Source of the DNA: an uncultured Alphaproteobacteria bacterium
GTDB lineage: Bacteria; Pseudomonadota; Alphaproteobacteria; Rhizobiales; Xanthobacteraceae
Assembly (NCBI GenBank): GCA_963781195.1
Contig: CAWAEZ010000016.1
Coordinates: 40,523-104,522 of the forward strand
Direction of reading: 5' to 3'
DNA length: 64,000 bases
The position numbers and the translations under genes were made by a program. Positions 29,225 to 38,380 of the stretch are shown here, piece after piece (position 1 is the stretch's first letter; every line of letters starts with the position of its first letter). Under the pieces are notes generated by a model. The model did no database searches. It was given only the letters and a program-made list of their open reading frames with translations, and was not told where the DNA came from.

Positions 29225-30355
29225 ATGAAATCGGTCGCCGCGCTCACGCTGCGGTGGATCGTCCTGGCACTTCTTCTGGCGCTATCGGGGGTGCCGTCGC
29301 ACGCCCAGAGCGACGGCGGCGGTGCCCCCAAAAAACTCATCGTCGGGACCATGCGCGTGCCGCCTTTCGTGGTGCGTAGCGACGATGGACAATGGAGCGG
29401 GCTGAGCATCGAGCTGTGGAAGCAGATTGCGGCCGAGTTGAAGGTCCCCTTCGCGTTCAAGGAATACGACTACGATCTCCCCGGCATGCTGGATGCGGTC
29501 GAGCGCAACGAGGTCGACGCCGCAATCGCCGCCATTCCGATCACGGTCGAAGGGGAATCGCGGTTCGATTACTCGCACGCCTATTTCGCCGCCGGGCTCG
29601 GGATCGCCGTCCACACCGAATCCCAGGGCGGCATGTTCGGAACGCTGGCCGGCATTTTCACCCATCAGGTCCTCATTGCGACGGCGGCCCTCGTCGCCCT
29701 CCTGTTGTTCGTCGGCCTTCTGATCTGGGTGATGGAACGACGCCAGAAGGGACACTTCGATGCGCGCCCGTCGCATGGCATTGCCGACGGCATCTGGTTC
29801 GCCGCGGTGACCATGACCACCACCGGCTATGGCGACAAGGTCCCGGTCACCGCGGGCGGCCGCGTCGTCGCCATGGTCTGGATGTTCGCGAGCATCTTCC
29901 TGGTGGCGCTGTTCTCCGCAACTCTCGCCTCGTCGTTCGTGGTCGGCCGCCTCAAGACCACCATCAACGGCCCGGCCGATCTCGCGCGCGCACGCGTCGC
30001 CGGCGTCGCTGCGACGGCGGGCGAGCAATGGCTCAATGCCCAGGGATTTCGCCAGCGCAGCTACCCCTTCGTGATCCAGGCCATGAAGGCGCTGCAGCGC
30101 GGCGACGTCCAGGCGCTGGTCTACGAGAAGCCGATCCTCGGGCACATGATCAAGGAGTATGGCTGGCGCGAGCTGCAGGTCCTGCCGCACACCCTGGCGG
30201 TGCGCGACTACGCCATCGCCTTGCCCGTCAGCAGCCCGCTCAAGAAGCAGGTCAACCTGGCTCTGCTCAAGGTCGTTCAGGGCCCCGACTGGAAGGACCT
30301 CGTGCAGCACTATGTCGGCGGCAGCGACCAGATCGCGGCGGCGGAGAAACCGTGA
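29225..30355 (+). CDS. GluR0-type ligand-gated potassium channel (SBP_bac_3 domain interrupted by M1-P-M2 pore)
   Basis: Signal peptide, binding-protein lobe 1, a TM helix, the K+ filter TMTTTGYGD (29810-29836), a second TM helix, then lobe 2. Confidence 0.85.
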   Translation: MKSVAALTLRWIVLALLLALSGVPSHAQSDGGGAPKKLIVGTMRVPPFVVRSDDGQWSGLSIELWKQIAAELKVPFAFKEYDYDLPGMLDAVERNEVDAAIAAIPITVEGESRFDYSHAYFAAGLGIAVHTESQGGMFGTLAGIFTHQVLIATAALVALLLFVGLLIWVMERRQKGHFDARPSHGIADGIWFAAVTMTTTGYGDKVPVTAGGRVVAMVWMFASIFLVALFSATLASSFVVGRLKTTINGPADLARARVAGVAATAGEQWLNAQGFRQRSYPFVIQAMKALQRGDVQALVYEKPILGHMIKEYGWRELQVLPHTLAVRDYAIALPVSSPLKKQVNLALLKVVQGPDWKDLVQHYVGGSDQIAAAEKP

Positions 30356-30491
30356 CCGGCGCCGCATGGTTGGTCGTCCGCGGCGAACCTGTCGGGAGGA
30401 AGTGTTTGCTTGCTTGGCGAACAATGTCTCGGCGCAAAGCCCGATCTCACTCCCGGCGGTGATGAGTGCCTGAACGCGAGTTTTATATGCT

Positions 30492-30518
30492 GCCATCGGT
30501 CCGATCTTCTGGCGCACC
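30492..30518. repeat. 27-nt copy (2 mismatches) of synthetase coding sequence 31455-31481
   Basis: GCCATCGGTCCGATCTTCTGGCGCACC here versus GCCACCGGCCCGATCTTCTGGCGCACC at 31455-31481. It lies 18 nt beyond the stop of the fused ORF. Confidence 0.85.
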
Positions 30519-30535
30519 TATGTTAGCCTCGACCG

Positions 30536-31285
30536 CTAGCCGTTGGTGATCAGTGTCTGGACGTCACTTAGGCGGACACTTTCCCACATGGCGATCTTCA
30601 TTCCGTTTCCGAATATGATGGGTCCTCGCACGATTTCGCCGAGCTTGTCATTTAGCGTTCCGTAAATGTCGCCCTGGATGCGCTCGATAAGATTGGGTTC
30701 TCTCGCCAACGTATGAAACAGATACATATGCGGCGCCTTCAATTTCCAGATATGCCCTGCTATGTCAACGACACTGTTATCAATTCCTTGCATGTAGAAC
30801 TTGGCAATAGATTCGTGATAGACTTCGCGAGGCACTTGCTCGCGATGATATCGCCCCTTCTCAACGAATTTTATAGAGACTTGAGCCTGCCGCGTATTGA
30901 TTTGCCACGAATGAACCAATGAATTTCGAAAATCTTGAATAAAAAACTGTTGTTCTTTGGAGAACGTGGACAGAAAATTTCTTACACCAATAGCTAATTG
31001 CTCTATTTGTCCGCAGTAATGAACCAGAATTGGAGAGCCAATATTCTCCGAGGATCGTTTGAGGGTTGGAAGAACCCGCAGCTCCCCATCAAGGGTGTCG
31101 TACAACGAACTGATCCAAACCACTCCTAGCTTGTTTTTAAGCTCCTGCTCGCGCTCGAATTGCTCGTCGAAGAGATATACGCCCCAGTTGCGAAGCGAGT
31201 GGTGCTGATCTGCGAAGAATTGGAATATTCGTCCGCAGGTCTCCTGATGGTCAAATAGTGTTTCGGTCGATCTAACCTTCTTCAC
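30536..31285 (-). other. AT-rich foreign-looking coding module (~245 codons) with R-x4-H motif, fused in frame to the synthetase
   Basis: There is an abrupt composition drop relative to both flanks. The ORF is open and protein-like (…FIQDFRNSLVHSWQIN…), with no stop separating it from the upstream synthetase. Confidence 0.7.
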
Positions 31286-33166
31286 CCCGTGTCCCTTCAG
31301 CGCACCGGCGATCTCGTCGAGGATCGCGGGATCGTCGATGGTGGCCGGCATGGTCCAGGCCTCGCCGTCGGCGATCTTCTTGATGGTGCCGCGCAGGATC
31401 TTGCCCGAGCGGGTCTTGGGCAGACGGGCCACCGTGATCGCAATCTTGAACGCCGCCACCGGCCCGATCTTCTGGCGCACCAGGCCGATGATCTCGTTCT
31501 CGATCTCGTTGGGCGGACGGTCGACGCCCGCCTTGAGGACGATGAAACCGCACGGCACCTCGCCCTTGAGGTCGTCCTTGATGCCGAGCACCGCGCATTC
31601 GGCGACCGCGGGATGCGAGGCGAGCACCTCCTCGATGCCGCCGGTCGAGAGCCGGTGGCCGGCGACGTTGATGATGTCGTCGGTGCGCCCCATGATGTAG
31701 AGGTAGCCGTCTTCGTCGGTGAAGCCGGCATCCGCCGTCTTATAGTAGCCGGGGAATTCGCGCAGATAGCTCTCGCGCATGCGCTCGTCATGCTGCCACA
31801 GGGTGGGCAGGCATCCCGGCGGCAGCGGCAGCTTCACCACGATCGAGCCCATCTTGTTGCGCGCGACCTCGTGGGCGCCTTCATCGACGATGCGCACGTC
31901 ATAGCCCGGCATCGCCACGGTGGGCGAGCCGTGCTTGACCGGCAGGCGGCCGAGCCCGATGGGATTGCCGGCGATCGCCCAGCCGGTTTCGGTCTGCCAC
32001 CAATGGTCGATCACCGGGACCTTCAGGATGTCCTCGGCCCACTTCACCGTGTCGGGGTCGGCGCGCTCGCCGGCGAGGAACAGGGTGCGGAATTTCGGCA
32101 TCGGATAGCGCGGCAGCAGCGTGGCCTGCGGATCTTCCTTCTTGATGGCGCGAAACGCGGTCGGCGCGGTGAACATGGCGACCGCACCATGCTCGGCGAT
32201 GACCCGCCAGAAGGCGCCGGCGTCGGGCGTGCCGACCGGCTTGCCTTCGTAGAGGATGGTGGTGCAGCCGTGAAATAGCGGCGCGTAGACGATGTAGCTG
32301 TGGCCGACCACCCAGCCGACGTCGGATGCCGACCACCACACCTCGCCGGGCGCGATGCCGTAGAGGTGCGCCATCGACCATTGCAGCGCGACCATGTGGC
32401 CGCCGTTGTCGCGCACCACGCCTTTGGGTTTTCCGGTCGTGCCGGACGTGTAGAGGATGTAGAGCGGATCGGTGGCGGCGACCGCGACACAGTCGGCGGT
32501 GCGGCCGTTCCGGATCGCGGCGGCGCGCAGGCTCGCCCAGTCATGGTCGCGGCCGGCGACGAGATCCGCCGTGGCCTGCGGGCGCTGCAGGATCAGGCAC
32601 GCCTGCGGCTTCGCCGACGCGATCGCGATCGCCTCGTCGAGCAACGGCTTGTATTTTACGACGCGGCCGGGCTCGATGCCGCAACTCGCCGACAGGATCA
32701 CCTTGGGCTTGGCGTCGTCGAGCCTCGTCGCGAGCTCGGTGGCGGCGAAGCCGCCGAAAACCACCGAATGGATCGCCCCGATGCGGGCGCAGGCGAGCAT
32801 CGCGATCAGCGCCTCCGGCACCATCGGCATATAGAGGATGACGCGGTCGCCCCGCTCGACCCCGAGATCGGCGAGCACGCCGGCGAGCGTCTTCACCTCG
32901 GCGAGCAGCTCGGCATAGCTCAGCGTGCGCTTCGCTCCGGCCACCGGCGAGTCATAGATGACGGCGGCCTGACTGCCGCGCCCGCGCAGGACATGGCGGT
33001 CGACCGCGTTGAAGCAGGTGTTGCAGGTCGCGCCCACATACCAGCGGCCATAGACGCCCGCGGAAGGATCGAAGATCTTGGCGGGCTTGCTCGTACCAGT
33101 CGATGGCATCCGCCGCCTCGCCCCAGAACCCGACGGGATCGCGCAGCGCGCGCTGGTAGACGTCAT
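30536..33166 (-). CDS. Acs/PrpE-family acyl-CoA synthetase body, with a 5' frameshift and a 3' in-frame foreign extension (possible pseudogene/fusion)
   Basis: AMP-binding motifs are present (YTSGTTGKPKG, YKTADAG, PKTRSGKI). The conserved N-terminus (SRYHDVYQRALRDPVGFWGEAADAIDWYEQ) lies in ORF 32952-33302 in another frame. Confidence 0.75.
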   Translation of the reverse strand: MTSTSARCAIPSGSGARRRMPSTGTSKPAKIFDPSAGVYGRWYVGATCNTCFNAVDRHVLRGRGSQAAVIYDSPVAGAKRTLSYAELLAEVKTLAGVLADLGVERGDRVILYMPMVPEALIAMLACARIGAIHSVVFGGFAATELATRLDDAKPKVILSASCGIEPGRVVKYKPLLDEAIAIASAKPQACLILQRPQATADLVAGRDHDWASLRAAAIRNGRTADCVAVAATDPLYILYTSGTTGKPKGVVRDNGGHMVALQWSMAHLYGIAPGEVWWSASDVGWVVGHSYIVYAPLFHGCTTILYEGKPVGTPDAGAFWRVIAEHGAVAMFTAPTAFRAIKKEDPQATLLPRYPMPKFRTLFLAGERADPDTVKWAEDILKVPVIDHWWQTETGWAIAGNPIGLGRLPVKHGSPTVAMPGYDVRIVDEGAHEVARNKMGSIVVKLPLPPGCLPTLWQHDERMRESYLREFPGYYKTADAGFTDEDGYLYIMGRTDDIINVAGHRLSTGGIEEVLASHPAVAECAVLGIKDDLKGEVPCGFIVLKAGVDRPPNEIENEIIGLVRQKIGPVAAFKIAITVARLPKTRSGKILRGTIKKIADGEAWTMPATIDDPAILDEIAGALKGHGVKKVRSTETLFDHQETCGRIFQFFADQHHSLRNWGVYLFDEQFEREQELKNKLGVVWISSLYDTLDGELRVLPTLKRSSENIGSPILVHYCGQIEQLAIGVRNFLSTFSKEQQFFIQDFRNSLVHSWQINTRQAQVSIKFVEKGRYHREQVPREVYHESIAKFYMQGIDNSVVDIAGHIWKLKAPHMYLFHTLAREPNLIERIQGDIYGTLNDKLGEIVRGPIIFGNGMKIAMWESVRLSDVQTLITNG
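31455..31481. repeat. synthetase-internal copy of the 27-nt direct repeat
   Basis: See 30492-30518. On the minus strand it encodes LVRQKIGPVAA. Confidence 0.85.
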
Positions 33167-33309
33167 GGTAGCGGCTGGTGCCGACGCGCGGCTCGAGCGC
33201 CGAAGTGCTCAATCGGACCTCCCTCACATGTCTTCGCCACTGCGCCGGCCCGCCCGCAGGCGCCCGGCGCAGGGCTTTTTTAACGTAGGCCAGCCGCGAC
33301 ATCCCGGCT

Positions 33310-34158
33310 ATGCGCCCTCATCACTGGCGTCGGGGGGCGGGATCGGCTTTGATCTCGATCACATCCCAGCCATTCCTTCGTATCATTCCGATCGTATCAT
33401 CCCACGTGATCACCGATCCTTTGTTCTATATTGCCGCCGTGCCGGCGGTGACTTTTCTCGGCCTCGGGAAGGGCGGCTTCGCCGGCATCGGAATGGTGGC
33501 GACGCCGCTCCTTGCGCTGTTCGTGCCTCCCTTGCAGGCCGCGGCGATCCTGCTGCCGATCCTGATGGTCCAGGACACCATCTCGGTGTGGACCTATCGC
33601 CACACCTGGTCCGTCTGGAACGTCAAGATCCTGCTGATCGGAGCTGCCGTCGGGGTGGCGATCGGCTGGGCGCTCGCCGCCTATGTGGCGGATGCCGTCG
33701 TGCGCCTCATCGTCGGCGGCATCGGCGTCAGCTTCGTGCTCAACGCCTGGTTCGGACAGCCCTATGTCACGAAACAGCCGAACGCGATCGCCGGCCTGTT
33801 CTGGGGCGCCGCGACCGGCTTCACCTCGACCATGGCGCAGGCGGGCGCCCCGCCGTTCCAGGTGTTCGTGCTGCCTCAGCGCCTGCCCAAGCTGACCTTC
33901 GTCGGCACCAATGTGGTGCTGTTCGCGGCCATCAATGTGCTCAAGGTCGGGCCGTATTTCGCCCTCGGGCAGTTCTCGTCCCAGGGGCTCGCCACCTCCG
34001 CGGTGCTGCTGCCGCTGGCCGTCGCGACGAATTTCCTGGGGATCTGGCTGGTGCGGATCACGCCCACGGCGGTGTTCTACCGGATTGCCTATGTGCTGGT
34101 GTTTCTGATCTCCTTGGCGTTGCTCTGGCAGGGCGCGGCGGCCTATTGGCCGCGCTGA
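33310..34158 (+). CDS. TauE/SafE-family sulfite/anion exporter
   Basis: Polytopic membrane protein with the typical GLGKGGFAG.G motif. The real start is probably GTG at 33406 (VITDPLFYIAAV). Confidence 0.8.
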   Translation: MRPHHWRRGAGSALISITSQPFLRIIPIVSSHVITDPLFYIAAVPAVTFLGLGKGGFAGIGMVATPLLALFVPPLQAAAILLPILMVQDTISVWTYRHTWSVWNVKILLIGAAVGVAIGWALAAYVADAVVRLIVGGIGVSFVLNAWFGQPYVTKQPNAIAGLFWGAATGFTSTMAQAGAPPFQVFVLPQRLPKLTFVGTNVVLFAAINVLKVGPYFALGQFSSQGLATSAVLLPLAVATNFLGIWLVRITPTAVFYRIAYVLVFLISLALLWQGAAAYWPR

Positions 34159-34196
34159 CGCGGCCGGGGCCGTCGACACCCCGGGACAGCGGCCTG

Positions 34197-34604
34197 ATGA
34201 CGACTTGGCTCAAGACGAATTGGCTCACGACGAATTGGCGGGAACGGGCGCGCCAGCTCAAACAGGACGTGGTCGCGGTTGCGCTGGCGATGCGCGATCC
34301 GCGCGTGCCCTGGTATGCCAAGGCGCTCGGGGCCTGCGTCGTCGCCTATGCGCTGTCCCCCATCGACCTGATCCCGGACTTCATCCCCGTGCTCGGTTAT
34401 CTCGATGACCTCGTGCTGGTGCCGCTCGGCCTCCTCCTGGTGCTGCGGCTCATCCCCCCGGCCGTCCTCGCCGAGCAACGCGCGGCGGCGGTGCAGATCG
34501 CCGAACGCCCGGTGAGCTATGCCGGCGCCGCGGCGGTGATCCTGATCTGGATAGCCGCGCTCGCGCTCACCGGCTACGGGCTTTTCCATCATTTTTCCGG
34601 GTGA
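34197..34604 (+). CDS. YkvA/DUF1232-family membrane protein
   Basis: 135 aa containing YALSPIDLIPDFIPVLGYLDDL, the DUF1232 hallmark. Confidence 0.7.
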   Translation: MTTWLKTNWLTTNWRERARQLKQDVVAVALAMRDPRVPWYAKALGACVVAYALSPIDLIPDFIPVLGYLDDLVLVPLGLLLVLRLIPPAVLAEQRAAAVQIAERPVSYAGAAAVILIWIAALALTGYGLFHHFSG

Positions 34605-34766
34605 GTGTCGCGAGGTTCCGAAAACTTATCGAGTTTCGGGTAAGATCACCGGCAACCAATCCGTGGGGTGGCGGAGCGGACCACGCGTCGTGCCGGACCG
34701 GCCACGTCGCGGCCGCCCGTGCCACCCTACCAAAGCGCGCAATGCGCCGTTCCGCGGGGATTCGCC

Positions 34767-36393
34767 ATGGCAGGGATGTACGAGCTCGACCTCGACCGCA
34801 ACGCCGCCAATTTTCAGCCGCTGACGCCGCTGAGCTTCCTCGAGCGCGCCGCGGGGGTGTTTCCCGACCGCACCGCCGTGGTGCATGGCGCGGGACGATG
34901 GACCTATGCGGAACTCTATAGCCCGCACCCGCCGCCTCGCCTCGGCACTCACCAAGGTCGGCATCGGCCACGGCGACACCGTGTCGGTCATGCTGGCAAA
35001 CACCCCGGCGATGATCGAAGCCCATTACGGGGTGCCGATGACCGGCGCGGTGCTCAACACCCTCAACACCCGGCTCGATGCGGCGATCCTCGCCTTCACG
35101 CTCGACCATGCCGAAGCCAAGGTGCTCATCACCGACCGCGAATACGCCAAGGTGATCAAGGAAGCGCTGACCCTCGCCAAGGTGAAGCCGCTGGTCATCG
35201 ACTACGACGACCCCGAATATTCCGGCCCCGGCGGCAACCTCGGCACCATCGAATACGAGGAGTTTCTCGCCAAGGGCGATCCGGACTTCGCCTGGAAGAT
35301 GCCTCCCGACGAATGGGACGCCATCTGCCTCAACTACACGTCGGGCACCACCGGCGATCCCAAGGGCGTGGTGTATCACCACCGCGGCGCCTACCTGCTC
35401 GCGGTCGGCAACGTGCTCACCTGCAGCATGGGCAAGCACCCGGTCTATTTGTGGACGCTGCCCATGTTCCACTGCAACGGCTGGTGCTTCCCATGGACCA
35501 TCTCGGTGGTCGCCGGCGTCCATGTGTGCCTGCGCCAGGTGCGGGCGGCGCCGATCTACGACGCCATCGCCCGCCACAAGGTCACGCATCTGTGCGGCGC
35601 ACCGATCGTGATGTCGACGCTGCTCAACGCTCTCGAGGCCGAGAAGCAGCCGCTGCCGCACATGATCGAGTTCGTCACCGCCGCCGCGCCGCCGCCGGAA
35701 GCCGTGCTCGACGCCATGCGGGCGGCCGGCTTCAACGTCACCCATGTGTACGGCCTGACCGAAACCTACGGGCCGGCCGCCGTCAACGAATGGCATACCG
35801 GATGGAGCGACCTTCCCGCCGCCGACCAGGCGACGAAGAAGGCGCGCCAGGGCGTCGCCTATCCGGTGCTGCAGGGCCTCGACGTCATCGATCCCGACAC
35901 CATGGTCCCGGTGCCCGCCGACGGCCAGACGCTCGGCGAGGTGATGTTCCGCGGCAACGTGGTGATGCGCGGCTATCTCAAGAACAAGGCTTCGACGGAA
36001 AAGGCCTTCGCCGGCGGCTGGTTTCATTCCGGCGACCTCGGCGTCAAGCATCCTGACAACTACATCCAGCTCAAGGACCGATCCAAGGACATCATCATCT
36101 CCGGCGGCGAGAACATCTCGTCGATCGAGGTGGAGGATGCGCTCTACAAGCATCCCGCCGTGCAGGCCGCCGCCGTCGTCGCCAAGCCCGACGATAAATG
36201 GGGCGAGACGCCGTGCGCCTTCATCGAGCTCAAGCCCGGCACGAACGCCACCGCGTCCGAGCTGCTCGCCTTCTGCCGCGAGCATCTCGCCTCCTACAAA
36301 TGCCCGCGCCATCTCGTCTTCACCGAGCTGCCGAAGACCTCGACCGGGAAGATCCAGAAGTTCAAGCTGCGGGAAATGGCGAAGGAGGCGTGA
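34767..36393 (+). CDS. medium/long-chain acyl-CoA synthetase (AMP-binding), apparent 1-nt frameshift near 34915-34922
   Basis: The N-terminus MAGMYELDLDRNAANFQPLTPLSFLERAAGVFPDRTAVVHGAGRWTYAELY is in one frame. ARTRRLASALTKVGIGHGD... through the end is in the frame of ORF 34885-36393. Motifs YTSGTTGDPKG and PKTSTGKIQK are present. Confidence 0.8.
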
Positions 36394-36794
36394 GGGCGCG
36401 CGAGTTCGGCTCCTCGGACATTGCGGATCGAGGAGGGGAGCGAGGCTATGCAGACGCCAAGCGTCGTGATGGGCATCGGTCGCGCGATGGGGAACGGTCA
36501 GGGATCGAGTGCGGCCTGAGAAATGCCCTGGCGATGCTTCGCGCGCGCTGAAGCGGAGGCTGCCGCCTGCACCCGAGATCCCGGGGCATGGAGGCCGGCG
36601 CCGCCGAAGGCGATGCGCTCTGATCGTCGACCTCGGACAGCGGCACGTCTTGCATTATCGTAAACAGGCGGACGGAACGGTCACGGTCGCGGCGGTGCGC
36701 GAAGGCGATATCGCATTGGAGCCGCCGGGATTATGCGTCCCGGTGGCAAGTCTCTGCGGCTGACCGGCACTTGGCTGTAAAATCGGGCACGCCC

Positions 36795-37817
36795 TCAATC
36801 CACCCGCAGGCCGAGCTTCTTGATGAGGGCCGACCATTTCGGCTCCTCCTTGGCGATGTCGGCGGCGTAGTCCTCCGGGGTCGACGGCAGCGGCTCGCCG
36901 CCGTCGGCGACGATGCGGGCCTTGACGTCCGGGCTCTCCAGCGTCGCGCGCAGCGCCGTGTTGAGCCGGCCGATCACCGCCGGCGGCGTGCCGGCCGGCG
37001 CCATCAGGCCGTAGTGCAGCACCGCCTCGAAGCCGGGTAGCCCGGATTCGGAAATGGTCGGCAGGTCGGGCAGCAGGCCGAGCCGGGTCGGACCGGCCGT
37101 CGCGATGGCACGCAGCGTGCCCGCCTGCAGATTGCCCATGGCCGGCGCCAGCACGTTGAAGGCGATCGGGATGTGGCCGCCCAGGAGGTCGTTGGTGAGG
37201 GGACCGGTGCCCTTGTAGGTGACGATGGTGAAATCGATTCCCGCCGCCGCCTTGAACAACTCGGCCGACAGGTAGGAGCCGGTGCCGGGCGGCGGCGTGC
37301 CGATATTGAGCTTGCCCGGATCCCGCTTCGCCAGTGCGATGAGGTCCGCGACCGTCTTCACCGGAAAGCCGGGGCTCGTCATCAGCACGATCGGCGTCGT
37401 CGCGATGAGGCCGATGGGCGTGAACTCCTTTTTCGGGTCGTAGCCCGGATTGGCGTAGAGCGTCGGATTGATCGACGTGATCCCGGTGTGCGACATCACG
37501 ATGGTATAGCCGTCGGGAGCCGCCTTGGCGGCGACCCGCATCCCGATCACGCCGGCGACGCCGCCGCGGTTGTCGATGATCACCTGCTGGCCGAGGGCGG
37601 CGGACATCTTCTCCGCCACGATGCGCGCCACCGCATCGACACCGCCGCCGGCGGGAAACGGAACGATCAGAGTCACCGGCCGCGTCGGATAGGCCGGAGT
37701 CTGCGCCGCCGCGCCACCCATACTCCATGCCAGTGCCACCCACGTCAGCGCCGCCATCGCGGCCGGCCATCGCCTCTTCGCCCCGGGCATCATGGTCTCA
37801 CCCCGTTTCGCCGCCAC
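36795..37817 (-). CDS. Bug/TctC-family tripartite tricarboxylate transporter substrate-binding protein
   Basis: Signal peptide, then YPTRPVTLIVPFPAGGGVD and the typical family length. Confidence 0.85.
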   Translation of the reverse strand: MAAKRGETMMPGAKRRWPAAMAALTWVALAWSMGGAAAQTPAYPTRPVTLIVPFPAGGGVDAVARIVAEKMSAALGQQVIIDNRGGVAGVIGMRVAAKAAPDGYTIVMSHTGITSINPTLYANPGYDPKKEFTPIGLIATTPIVLMTSPGFPVKTVADLIALAKRDPGKLNIGTPPPGTGSYLSAELFKAAAGIDFTIVTYKGTGPLTNDLLGGHIPIAFNVLAPAMGNLQAGTLRAIATAGPTRLGLLPDLPTISESGLPGFEAVLHYGLMAPAGTPPAVIGRLNTALRATLESPDVKARIVADGGEPLPSTPEDYAADIAKEEPKWSALIKKLGLRVD

Positions 37818-37913
37818 TCCGCACTGTCCGTCCCATCGGCCACCGGAAACGAAAACGCCGGCCTCGATATCGAGAGCCGGCGGATTTTCCGGGGGGAAAG
37901 ATCGGGATGGGAG

Positions 37914-38096
37914 TCAGTGCACGCTCTCGAATTCCCCATGCGCCAATCGCGCCATTTCGTCTTTCAATTGCAGCTTACGACGCTTGAGCTCTGCCAATGT
38001 GAAATCGTCCGTGGAGGGATGCTGAAGGGCTTCGGAGAGCTCGTCCTCGAGCAACCGGTGCTGCTGTGCAAGTTCCGCAAGTGCAGGTGTAGCCAT
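37914..38096 (-). CDS. DUF465 (YdcH-like) protein
   Basis: 60 aa, coiled-coil, with the LKRRKLQLKDE motif. Confidence 0.7.
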   Translation of the reverse strand: MATPALAELAQQHRLLEDELSEALQHPSTDDFTLAELKRRKLQLKDEMARLAHGEFESVH

Positions 38097-38380
38097 GGAT
38101 CCTCCTGGGGGTCAGATTGCAGCCTGACGACGAAAGTTTGACACGACGTAAAAAAGGAGTTGATATTCGATCGGTTGTGCGGCGCAGCAATCCACCGGAT
38201 TGCACGGTGGCAACCCGTTCGATCGAAAGCGGAATTGCCGCCGCAACCAACAATGTCGCAGGCCAGCCGTGCCGCCCGCTCCGGGCTCGGAGAAGCGCGC
38301 GAAGCCGGATCGTGGTATTTTGGTGCCGGTTCCTCGCCGGCGGCGCGAGGCGCGGGGCGAATGCGGATTCGGCAGCGGCA

